64,000 bases of DNA from Candidatus Latescibacterota bacterium (GTDB lineage: Bacteria > Latescibacterota > UBA2968 > UBA8231), in the NCBI GenBank assembly GCA_965248265.1, contig CBDFJF010000001.1:2848001-2912000 (forward strand), read 5' to 3'. Shown here in pieces: positions 10,269-18,817 of the stretch. A program made the position numbers and the translations under genes. The notes below the pieces were generated by a model that saw only the letters and a program-made list of their open reading frames with translations, had not been told where the DNA came from and ran no database searches. The number at the start of each line of letters is the position of its first letter. The stretch's first letter is position 1.

Positions 10269-11039
10269 TCACCATGCTGTCCATCCTCCATCGACTAGCA
10301 TGGTGTGTCCGGTGATGAGCTCGGCAGCGTCGCTGGCCAGGAACACGGCAGCGCCGACAATGTCCTCGGGCTGACCGGCTCGGCCCCACGGTATGCGACT
10401 CACCAGTTCTTCACTTTTCTGTGGGTCATCGAAGTAGGGCTGGGTAAGTGGGGTAACGACGAAGGTGGGACCTATGGCGTTGACGTTGATCTTGAAGGGA
10501 GCCCATTCGATCGCCAGCACCCTTGTCAGGTTGACGACGGCCGCCTTACTCGAACAGTAGGCGGCCCGTTGGTAATAGCCGACGACTCCCATGATGCTGG
10601 CCATGTTGATGATCTTGCCACCACCGGCGTCCCGCATGTGGCGGCCTACCTGCTGAGAGAGAAAGAAAAGCCCCTTCAGGTTCACTCCCAGAACCAGGTC
10701 CCAGTCGTCTTCGGTGACATCGAAAGCGTCCTTGGGTCGGTTGACCCCGGCGTTGTTGACGAGAATGTCGATCCTCCCCATCGCCGCCATCGCTTCACGG
10801 ACGTGCTCCTCGATGCTGGACGCATCCGGTAGATGCAATGGCAGCGGTTCGGCTCGCCGCCCATGACCCCGTATGCTTTCGCAGACCGGGTCGAGGTCGA
10901 CCATGCGCTCGGGTTGCTCAGCTACGATGCAGTCAGCGCCAGCCTCGGCGTATGCGGTGGCCACAGCGCTGCCAATGCCACCGGCGGCTCCTGTCACCAG
11001 GGCGACTTTCCCATCCAAACGCATGCTCGGGAGGGTCAT
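10269..11039 (-). CDS. SDR oxidoreductase (KduD/gluconate-5-dehydrogenase-like)
   Basis: TGAAGGIG, NNAG, YCSSK; start at MTLPSM. Confidence 0.9.
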   Translation of the reverse strand: MTLPSMRLDGKVALVTGAAGGIGSAVATAYAEAGADCIVAEQPERMVDLDPVCESIRGHGRRAEPLPLHLPDASSIEEHVREAMAAMGRIDILVNNAGVNRPKDAFDVTEDDWDLVLGVNLKGLFFLSQQVGRHMRDAGGGKIINMASIMGVVGYYQRAAYCSSKAAVVNLTRVLAIEWAPFKINVNAIGPTFVVTPLTQPYFDDPQKSEELVSRIPWGRAGQPEDIVGAAVFLASDAAELITGHTMLVDGGWTAW

Positions 11040-11101
11040 CAGAGAGAATCTCCGTTTCGGGTTCAACCCAATAACATATGGGAAGTGGACGGACCTGCCT
11101 G

Positions 11102-11581
11102 TCACAGCCTCATCGCATAGTGGTACTGCGTGGCTACGAGCTCGAAGCCGAGTTTGGGGTAGAAGTGCTTGCCGACTTCGTTCTGCTCCAGGGTTTCGAT
11201 GCGGACGCACTCCATACCGGAGCTTCTGAAGTAGTCGAGGGCGGCTTCGACCAGTCGCTTGCCGATCCCTCGCTGTTGAAACGAAGGCAGCACGGCGTAG
11301 TTGGGGATTCCGCCCATCTTCGCTTCGACGTCGACTCTGGTCGTGATGTAGCCGACCGTTTCGCTGCCGGCGCAGGCCACGAAGATCCCATCGGCATTGG
11401 CCGCAACATCAGCGTCGATGTGTCGGGTCTTTCGCCATTGCCAGTCCCTGGCGGCGACCTGACCGAAGCGCTGCTCGATGTTCTGGTCGATGGAGACCCC
11501 GTCGAAGCAGACTGCCGTTATAGTCTTAAGGATCTTCAGATCCGATTCCCGGTACTTCCTGATCTCGATTGGTTGATTCAT
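11102..11581 (-). CDS. GNAT N-acetyltransferase
   Basis: V.PSFQQRGIGKRL motif A; N...FYPKLGF. Confidence 0.88.
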   Translation of the reverse strand: MNQPIEIRKYRESDLKILKTITAVCFDGVSIDQNIEQRFGQVAARDWQWRKTRHIDADVAANADGIFVACAGSETVGYITTRVDVEAKMGGIPNYAVLPSFQQRGIGKRLVEAALDYFRSSGMECVRIETLEQNEVGKHFYPKLGFELVATQYHYAMRL

Positions 11582-11681
11582 CTGGATTCGCTGTCGTAAT
11601 TGTCCTGTGATATAGAACGCGTTGAAAACACTCGTAGTCGGCGTTGCGACAAAACGCTGGCCAGTATAAAAAGGGGGGCCT

Positions 11682-12542
11682 GTGATGCACAAGACATGGC
11701 GGTGGACAGCTTCCGGGGCGGATTTCGTCCTTCCACACGAGGAGATTCAGAAGATCTGCCTCCATGCGGGCATGGCCGGCATCGAGGGCATGCCCCCATT
11801 ATTTCCGAGCCAGGAAGCCAGCACACTGGAGGAAATCGCCGGCAGTTACCGGGCCGCTGGACTGGAGTTCGACAGCTTCCACCTGCCTCTTGGGGCTGAA
11901 AACGATATATCCTCCTTCTATGAGACCCACCGGCAGGATGCCGTGGCGGTCTCCCTGCACTGGATGGAGTGTGCGGCGGCGCTGGGATGCCGGGTCGTCA
12001 TCCAGCACCCGACGACGGACCGCTGCAACGCCGAAGTGGAAGGTGTTGACCGCTATGTCACCCAGTTGGGGAGGAGCCTGGAAACCCTGCTACCTGCGGC
12101 TGCCGGCCTCAACCTGACCGTCGCCCTGGAGAACCTGCCTCCGGGAGCTCGTGGTGGCCGCTTCAGCGCTAGACCGGAGCATTTTGAACGGATGATCGCC
12201 GAGTTTGCCGACCCGAATCTGGGTTTTTGCCTCGATACCGGCCATGCTCTCATGGCCGGAGGACCTGAACGGGCCCACGATTTTCTCAATATCATGGCAC
12301 CGCACATGGCCGCCTTTCACCTGGCGGACAATGCCGGTGACCGGGATTCCCACCTGGCTCCCGGCCACGGATCGGTGGATTGGGGGCCCATATTTCGCAA
12401 GGCAGCCGAGATCGAGCACAGCTACACCATGTGCATAGAAACCCCGCCTTTTGCCCCGGGTAACCATCCCTCGTACAGCCTCGATGCCTGGAAACACATG
12501 ATCGCGGATACCGAGGCGTTGGTGGATTCTGCTTTGAGCTGA
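11682..12542 (+). CDS. Sugar-phosphate isomerase/epimerase (xylose isomerase-like TIM barrel)
   Basis: ALEN, CLDTGH, HLADN, DSHLAPG.G, IE metal motifs. Confidence 0.88.
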   Translation: MMHKTWRWTASGADFVLPHEEIQKICLHAGMAGIEGMPPLFPSQEASTLEEIAGSYRAAGLEFDSFHLPLGAENDISSFYETHRQDAVAVSLHWMECAAALGCRVVIQHPTTDRCNAEVEGVDRYVTQLGRSLETLLPAAAGLNLTVALENLPPGARGGRFSARPEHFERMIAEFADPNLGFCLDTGHALMAGGPERAHDFLNIMAPHMAAFHLADNAGDRDSHLAPGHGSVDWGPIFRKAAEIEHSYTMCIETPPFAPGNHPSYSLDAWKHMIADTEALVDSALS

Positions 12543-12564
12543 ACCCTCTTCATCCGGACAGGGC

Positions 12565-12593
12565 TTGCGCAACTTACACAGACACCATATGTT
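12565..12593 (+). promoter_or_regulatory. Putative sigma70 promoter of the DEAD-box helicase
   Basis: TTGCGC-17 bp-TATGTT, about 135 bp upstream of ATG 12729. Confidence 0.45.
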
Positions 12594-12728
12594 ACGTGTA
12601 GTTGAACAATCCTACCTTTTCATTTCTCCGCGATTTTCTGCGTCCCTTTTCGGCATTTCGGACTGTCTTGATGGCTTTACCGGGTGCAAGTCGCTGTAAT
12701 AATCTCGGGTCACCAAGACAGGAGTACC

Positions 12729-13988
12729 ATGCAGTTTAAGGATCTGTATTTGAACGAATCCCTTCTTCGCGCTCTATCAGAAGAGGGGTACGAGAATCCC
12801 ACCCCCATTCAGGAAGCTGCCATTCCGGTGGCTCTGGCAGGAGAGGACCTCCTGGCCACTGCTCAGACCGGAACGGGTAAAACCGCGGCGTTTTCTTTGC
12901 CCATTCTGCAGAATCTTGAGGCGCCGAAAGCGAAGGGTCTAAGACCGATCCGCACTCTGGTATTGGCGCCGACGCGAGAACTGGCGTTGCAAATCGATGC
13001 CAGTTTCCGCACCTACGGCCGCCACATGCCGTTCCGCACGGCCGTGATCCTGGGGGGCGTATCGGCGGTCCCGCAGATCAGCGCCCTGCGCAAGGGCGCC
13101 GACATCGTCGTGGCGACCCCCGGTCGCCTCATCGACCTGTATCGCCAGGGTCACGTGCGCTTGGACCGTGTGGAAACCCTCGTCCTCGACGAGGCCGATC
13201 GCATGCTGGACATGGGCTTCGCCCCGGACGTGCGCAAGATCGTCGCCAAGCTGCCGCGCAAACGGCAGACGATGATGTTTTCCGCCACGCTGTCGGCTGA
13301 GATCGCCGAGTTGTCCTCAGATATGTTGCGGGATCCTTCGATGGTGGCGGTGACGCCTGCCGCGTCCGTGTCCACGAACATCACGCAGCAGGTCATGTTC
13401 GTGGAGCAGATGGACAAACGCCGGCTGCTGTCGGAAATCCTGACAGAAAAGAGTACCCAGAGAGCCCTCGTCTTCACCCGGACCAAACACCGGGCGAATA
13501 GAGTTGTGCGCCAGCTGTTGGGTGAAGGCATTAAAGCCGATGCCATCCACTCCAATAAGAGCCAGGCTGCCAGGCAACGAGCCTTGAGTGCCTTTCATGG
13601 CGGCCGTATCAAGGTCCTAGTCGCCACCGATATCGCGGCCAGAGGCATTGACGTCGAGGGCATCTCTCATGTGATCAACTACGAGATGCCGAACGACCCT
13701 GAGAGCTATGTCCATCGCATCGGCCGCACCGCTCGTGCGGGGACGGCCGGGATGGCCCTGTCGTTCTGTAATGCAGATGAGATTCCACTGCTGGGCGGCA
13801 TCGAGAAACTGACGCGGAGCCCGTTGGTCGCCGTCGATGACCATCCGTTCCACTCCGACGCCATCGCCTCCCTGCACGACCGGCGCACGCCAGTACAAAG
13901 CGGTGTTACACCGGTCAAACCAAACCCTCCTCGTTTCGGACGCAAACGAGTTGTCGAGAGCCCTTCCACCCGCCGAGGGCGGCGCTGA
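12729..13988 (+). CDS. rhlE: DEAD-box RNA helicase (RhlE-like)
   Basis: Q motif, TGTGKT, PTRELA, TPGRL, DEAD, SAT, ARGID, HRIGRTAR; SD ggag. Confidence 0.92.
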   Translation: MQFKDLYLNESLLRALSEEGYENPTPIQEAAIPVALAGEDLLATAQTGTGKTAAFSLPILQNLEAPKAKGLRPIRTLVLAPTRELALQIDASFRTYGRHMPFRTAVILGGVSAVPQISALRKGADIVVATPGRLIDLYRQGHVRLDRVETLVLDEADRMLDMGFAPDVRKIVAKLPRKRQTMMFSATLSAEIAELSSDMLRDPSMVAVTPAASVSTNITQQVMFVEQMDKRRLLSEILTEKSTQRALVFTRTKHRANRVVRQLLGEGIKADAIHSNKSQAARQRALSAFHGGRIKVLVATDIAARGIDVEGISHVINYEMPNDPESYVHRIGRTARAGTAGMALSFCNADEIPLLGGIEKLTRSPLVAVDDHPFHSDAIASLHDRRTPVQSGVTPVKPNPPRFGRKRVVESPSTRRGRR

Positions 13989-14011
13989 TCTGAAGTCACC
14001 CGGAGACCACT

Positions 14012-14266
14012 ATGATGAATTTTAGCAAAGCCTCTGCAAAGAAGAAGCTAAAGCCTGACAAGGTGCTCGCCGAGATTGTTGGCGCCGAACCCCGTCCTCG
14101 TTCGGAGATCCTCAAGGACTTCTGGCAGTATATCAAGACGCAGGGCCTTCAGGACTCCGATCGGCGTGTCGTCAATGCCGACAGGACCCTTCAGCCGGTA
14201 CTTGGAGGACAAAAACAGGTGAACATTTTCCTGGTAGCCGATCTGGTGACCAAGCACATGAAGTAG
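14012..14266 (+). CDS. Stand-alone SWIB/MDM2 domain protein
   Basis: LAEIVG..P.PRSE..K.FW.YIK..GLQD...VNAD..L pattern. Confidence 0.88.
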   Translation: MMNFSKASAKKKLKPDKVLAEIVGAEPRPRSEILKDFWQYIKTQGLQDSDRRVVNADRTLQPVLGGQKQVNIFLVADLVTKHMK

Positions 14267-14293
14267 CGCCAGCAGGGCGCCCCTGCCCTGGCG
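14267..14293. terminator. GC-rich hairpin between convergent SWIB and adk genes
   Basis: gcaggg/ccctgc stem inside cgccag/ctggcg; no U-tract. Confidence 0.35.
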
Positions 14294-14313
14294 AGCACCT
14301 ACACAGAGCGCTG

Positions 14314-14973
14314 TCAGCCCTGAGCTGCCAGCGTTCCGCCACTCACATTCAAAGCACTGAGGATGTCCCCATGGACATCTTCCGGCGACTTCGACCCATC
14401 TACCTGCAGCACAAGTTCCTTGTTCATGAACAGTTCTAACACCGGTTCGGTCTTGTCGTGAAAGTCCTTTAGACGAGCCCGCACGGCAGCTTCCGTGTCG
14501 TCGCCCCGGATTGCCAGCTCTCCGTTGCAGACATCACACCTGTTTTCGACCTCCGGTCGATGGTGGATCAGGTTGTAGTCGAGGTTGCAGGCGAGGCACA
14601 GTCGCCGTGACATCACGCGGGTCAGCACCGTGTCGTCCGGCACCTCGATGTGGATGACTGCGTCCACGTCATAGCTCTCCAGGAAGAATTCCGCCTGGGG
14701 TCGATTGCGCGGAAAGCCATCCAGAATGAAGCCATAGTTCCAATCGTGTTCGGCGAGACGGCGTATGACGATTTCCTCGACGATCTCATCGGGCACAAGC
14801 GCACCCGAGTCGACGATGCGGCGTATTCGCGCGGCCAGCTTGGTGTGGGACTGAATGTTCCAGCGAAAAATGTCGCCGACGCTGATGTGGACGATGTCGA
14901 AATCCTGGGTGAGCAGCTTGGCCTGCGTCCCCTTGCCACAGCCCTGAACCCCCATGATGATGTATTTGTGCAT
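14314..14973 (-). CDS. adk: Adenylate kinase with Zn-binding LID
   Basis: GVQGCGKGTQA P-loop, HISVGDIFR, LDGFPR, CLAC...CDVC. Confidence 0.92.
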   Translation of the reverse strand: MHKYIIMGVQGCGKGTQAKLLTQDFDIVHISVGDIFRWNIQSHTKLAARIRRIVDSGALVPDEIVEEIVIRRLAEHDWNYGFILDGFPRNRPQAEFFLESYDVDAVIHIEVPDDTVLTRVMSRRLCLACNLDYNLIHHRPEVENRCDVCNGELAIRGDDTEAAVRARLKDFHDKTEPVLELFMNKELVLQVDGSKSPEDVHGDILSALNVSGGTLAAQG

Positions 14974-15190
14974 GAGACTGCTCTCCTTTGGTCGTTCGCG
15001 GTGCCGGTCCTCTTCCAGACTGAAAGGTACTGCGCTGTGCGTGCGGCCACCACGCCAGCTCCCGTTGACGACGGTATCGAAGATTCGCTTCTTAGCGCCT
15101 GAGCACTTGGTCGGACAGCGTCTTCCAGCAGCGAGCGGGGACGCCGTGTGATCGAAGACGCTCACCCACCTTGAGAGGAGATCTTTCAAC

Positions 15191-15574
15191 ATGAGCATCC
15201 GTGGCACTGACTTCATCTACTACCAGACCAGCAACGTGGAAAAGGCCATCGAGTTCTACCGCGACACGTTGGGGATGGAATTGTATGGCTACTTCGAGGA
15301 TGTAAAATGGGCCGAGTTCAAAGCCGGCAACGCGACGTTTGCGATAAACGACCCCAGTGCTTTCGATCCCGAAGCCAAGGCCCAGTCTGGAGGGGGGTCG
15401 GTCGCCTTCGCGGTGGACAACCTGGAAGAGTATGTCAACCAGCTAGAGGCAAAAGGGGTGACGGTGACGATACCGACCAACGAGACCCCGGTATGCCACT
15501 TCGCCTGCATCAAAGACCCTGATGGCAACACCATCTGGCTGCACAACCGCAAGGACGGCACCTTCGGCGACTGA
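15191..15574 (+). CDS. VOC/glyoxalase family protein
   Basis: A.EFY.DTLG, VAFAVD, DPDGN motifs. Confidence 0.9.
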   Translation: MSIRGTDFIYYQTSNVEKAIEFYRDTLGMELYGYFEDVKWAEFKAGNATFAINDPSAFDPEAKAQSGGGSVAFAVDNLEEYVNQLEAKGVTVTIPTNETPVCHFACIKDPDGNTIWLHNRKDGTFGD

Positions 15575-15588
15575 GGCGGTGCGGAGAC

Positions 15589-15951
15589 TCAACCCCCGGC
15601 GCGCTTGACCGTGAAACCCCGATCTTGCAGCAACCGTACGACGGTGTCTCTGTGATCTCCCTGAATTTCGATGACACTCTGTTTGAGGGTGCCACCAGCG
15701 CCGCACTTCGCCTTGAGCTGTTTTGCCAGGTCGCTGAGTTCACCGTTACTGAGAGGGACGCCGGTTACTGTGGTGACGCCTTTGCCCTTGCGACCCTTGG
15801 TTTCGCGGCCAACGCGAACGATCCCGTCTTTGGCAGCCCCGCCCGATTGCTTGCGCCCACACGAGCATTGGTCTAGTGGTTTGCCGCAATCCGGACAGTG
15901 GCGGCCGTGATCGGAGGAGTAGACGAGGCTTGAGTTGTTTTTGGCCTTCAC
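15589..15951 (-). CDS. yciH: Translation factor SUI1 homologue
   Basis: LVYSSD, RETKGRKGKGVT, LKAKCGAGGT, IEIQGD; GTG start at 15951. Confidence 0.92.
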   Translation of the reverse strand: MKAKNNSSLVYSSDHGRHCPDCGKPLDQCSCGRKQSGGAAKDGIVRVGRETKGRKGKGVTTVTGVPLSNGELSDLAKQLKAKCGAGGTLKQSVIEIQGDHRDTVVRLLQDRGFTVKRAGG

Positions 15952-16078
15952 GGTACCACTCAGGACTCGATTGCGACCCGTGCCCAACGAAGATGGGGGT
16001 AGTAAGCGGGGTTTGTATTGATGAAAAGAGCGCCGCCATCGACGACACGCAGGGATGGCAAATTCGCTGACCCTTCGG

Positions 16079-16840
16079 TTACAGCAAGGCGACGGAGTAA
16101 CCACCGTCAACGGGGATCGCCGTACCGGTGATGAAGTCGGAACCGGGCCCGGACAGGAATACGGCCAACCCCTTGAAATCAGCAGGATCTCCCCAACGAT
16201 CGGCAGGGCATCGTGCCACGACCTTCTCGTGCAGCCCTTCAAACTGCTCGCGCGCCTGGCGTGTAAGTGGGGTGTCTATCCAGCCTGGAAGAAAGCAGTT
16301 GACCTGTATGTTGTCCTGCGCCCAGGCGGTCGCCAGGGATTTGGTGTATTGGACCATCCCTCCCTTGGAAGCGGAATAGGGAGCACCCCACGGCGCGCCG
16401 AATATGGATAGCATCGACCCGTTGTTGAGAATCTTGCCGCCGCCCGCTTCCACCATCGCCGGATAGCAGGCGTTACTACAGAGAAAGGCGCTGTCGAGGT
16501 TCGTGTTCATGACTGTGCGCCACTCCTCGAAGGTCAGCTCCTCCGGGCGCTTGCGAATGTTGGTGCCGGCGTTGTTGACGAGAATGTCGATTCGTCCGCA
16601 ACGCTGCACCACCGTTTCCGCCATGGCCTTGATGTTCTCACCGTCAGTCACGTCGCATATCACGGCGAACGCTTTGCCGCCTGCGGCTTCCATCTCGGCG
16701 GCGACTCGTTGCGATTTCTCCTCAGTGCGTGCGGCGATGGCGACGGTGGCGCCGGCTTCCGCCAGACCCTGTGCCACGCCCTGTCCGATGCCGCTGTTGC
16801 CGCCGGTGACAATGGCTACCCTACCAGTTAAATCAAACAT
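16079..16840 (-). CDS. SDR oxidoreductase (KduD-like)
   Basis: TGGNSGIG, NNAG, YSASKGG. Confidence 0.9.
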   Translation of the reverse strand: MFDLTGRVAIVTGGNSGIGQGVAQGLAEAGATVAIAARTEEKSQRVAAEMEAAGGKAFAVICDVTDGENIKAMAETVVQRCGRIDILVNNAGTNIRKRPEELTFEEWRTVMNTNLDSAFLCSNACYPAMVEAGGGKILNNGSMLSIFGAPWGAPYSASKGGMVQYTKSLATAWAQDNIQVNCFLPGWIDTPLTRQAREQFEGLHEKVVARCPADRWGDPADFKGLAVFLSGPGSDFITGTAIPVDGGYSVALL

Positions 16841-17793
16841 CAGTTGACCACGTTCTGTGGCTTGCCATCGATAAAGGCCTTCGCGTTCTCGACTAGGGTG
16901 TTGAGGAGCCGCGAGCGCGCCGAACGAGTCGCCCAGGCGATGTGCGGTGTGATGTAGCAGTTGTTCGCCTTCATCAGGGGGTTGTCCATGGACGGCGGCT
17001 CCGTGGTAAGTACGTCCAGGCCGGCTCCGGCGAGCGTGCCGGCATTGAGTGCGTCGGCGAGCGCCTGGTCGTCGACCAGAGGTCCGCGACTGGTGTTTAC
17101 GAGAAATGCCGTCTTCTTCATCAGGGCGAGACGTTCGGCGTTGGCCAGTTTTTCCGTCTCCGGCGTAAGCGGACAGTGCAGGGATATGATGTCGCTGCGC
17201 TTGAAGACCTCTTCGACACTGGCAAATTCAGCGTTGGGATGGTCCGCTGGTTTGATGTAATCGTCATGGACGAGCAGCTTCATGCCGAAGGCACTGGCGA
17301 TCTCACCCGTGCGCTGACCGATGCGGCCATACCCGACGATGCCCATCGTCAGGTCCATCAGTTCGAGTAATGGGAAATCCCAGTAGCAGAAATCCCGGTT
17401 GGAGGTCCAGCGACCCTCCTTGACGGTACCGTCGTGATGGGCGACTCGCTGGGTCAGATTGAGCACATGGGCGAACACCATCTGAGCAACCGAAGGAGTG
17501 CCGTAGGTCGGAATGTTCGTGACCACGATGCCGCGCTCGGCTGCGGCCTCGGTGTCAATAATATTGTACCCCGTAGCTTGGACGCCGATATATTTGAGAT
17601 CGACCAGTTGATCTATCACCTCTTTCGAGATAACGGCCTTGTTGGGCATGATCAACTGGGCTCCCTGGGCGCGCGACACAATCTCATCAGGCGCCGAGTA
17701 GTCGTGGATCTCGGCTTCTCCCAGTGCCTCGAGGCCTTCCCAGGACAGGTCTCCAGGATTGAGGGTGTATCCATCCAGGACGACGATCTTCAT
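16840..17793 (-). CDS. D-2-hydroxyacid dehydrogenase (glycerate dehydrogenase/hydroxypyruvate reductase type)
   Basis: MKIVVLDGYTLNPGDLSW N-terminus, GYGRIG, NTSRG, DV...EP, TPHIAW. Confidence 0.9.
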   Translation of the reverse strand: MKIVVLDGYTLNPGDLSWEGLEALGEAEIHDYSAPDEIVSRAQGAQLIMPNKAVISKEVIDQLVDLKYIGVQATGYNIIDTEAAAERGIVVTNIPTYGTPSVAQMVFAHVLNLTQRVAHHDGTVKEGRWTSNRDFCYWDFPLLELMDLTMGIVGYGRIGQRTGEIASAFGMKLLVHDDYIKPADHPNAEFASVEEVFKRSDIISLHCPLTPETEKLANAERLALMKKTAFLVNTSRGPLVDDQALADALNAGTLAGAGLDVLTTEPPSMDNPLMKANNCYITPHIAWATRSARSRLLNTLVENAKAFIDGKPQNVVN

Positions 17794-17860
17794 CGGGTGG
17801 TTTCTCCTTAGCTTGTTGGATTAGTCAGCGACCAGAATCAAGGCATTGGGCCCAATCGGT

Positions 17861-18817
17861 TCAACCTTCAACGACGCGCCCGTCGCCCGCCAACTCCCGC
17901 TTCCACGCCAGCAGCTTGTCGATGCTCACCCCGGAACCGCCGCAGACGATGACGAGTACCGTTTGCGCTGCCTCGAGGACGGGGGCGCGTTCGTAGACTG
18001 GGGTGAGGGAGGCGCCGCAGGAGGGTTCAACCAGTACCTTGTGATCGTCAGAAAACCTGACGCAGGCCTCGACGGCGGCCGCATCCGAAACGACCCAGGG
18101 CACGATGTTTCTCGTGGTCGCATATTCGTAAGCCTTCGAAGCTACACGCCGGGCTCCTAGAGTCGTCGCGATACTGTCAATCCGGTCCAGGATGACGAGT
18201 TTGCCGGCCGCCACCGAGGACGCCAACGAGTCGGCACCCTCAGTCTCCACCGCTACCACCTGCACCTCATCCCAACCACAGCCCTCCAACCCTTCCATGA
18301 TACCGCACAGCAGGCCACCACCCCCGACCGAAACGACGATGGCATCCGGCCGCTCACACTGCTGCGCCGCTTCTTCTATGATAGTCGCGTGACCACGCCA
18401 GGTGGTCGGGTGCTCGAACGGATGGATGTAAGCGCCGCCCAACTGCTTCGACAGCTTGTTGGCATGGACGTCGGCGACATCCCAGACATCGCCGTGGACG
18501 ATGACCTCTGCCCCCTCCAGTCCGATTCGCTCGCGCACTTCGGCGGAGGTCGTCTCCGGCACCACCACAGTCGCTGCCACGCCCAGCTGTCGGGCGCTGT
18601 AGGCGACGGCGAGGCCCGCATTTCCACCCGATGAACAGACAAGATGCCGGGTACCTGCCTCGACATGCTCGGCACAAACGCGACCGATACCGCGAATCTT
18701 GAAGGATCCGCCGGGCTGGTAGCAGTCCATCTTCAGCAGCACGGTCTTGCCGCATGCGGCGCTCATTTGAACCGACTCGAACACTGGCGTCTGGTGATGT
18801 AATTCGGTGCTGGGCAT
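17861..18817 (-). CDS. PLP-dependent L-serine/L-threonine dehydratase (SDS/Cha1-like)
   Basis: QPGGSFKIRG (PLP Lys), SSGGNAG, SVGGGGL, EPSCGA, IVCGG; TGATG coupling to the upstream gene. Confidence 0.88.
   Translation of the reverse strand: MPSTELHHQTPVFESVQMSAACGKTVLLKMDCYQPGGSFKIRGIGRVCAEHVEAGTRHLVCSSGGNAGLAVAYSARQLGVAATVVVPETTSAEVRERIGLEGAEVIVHGDVWDVADVHANKLSKQLGGAYIHPFEHPTTWRGHATIIEEAAQQCERPDAIVVSVGGGGLLCGIMEGLEGCGWDEVQVVAVETEGADSLASSVAAGKLVILDRIDSIATTLGARRVASKAYEYATTRNIVPWVVSDAAAVEACVRFSDDHKVLVEPSCGASLTPVYERAPVLEAAQTVLVIVCGGSGVSIDKLLAWKRELAGDGRVVEG

Noticed and set aside
15030-15110. gcgcctgagca resembling ZTP riboswitch P3
   Set aside because: No GACUGGCG 5' core; downstream gene is unrelated
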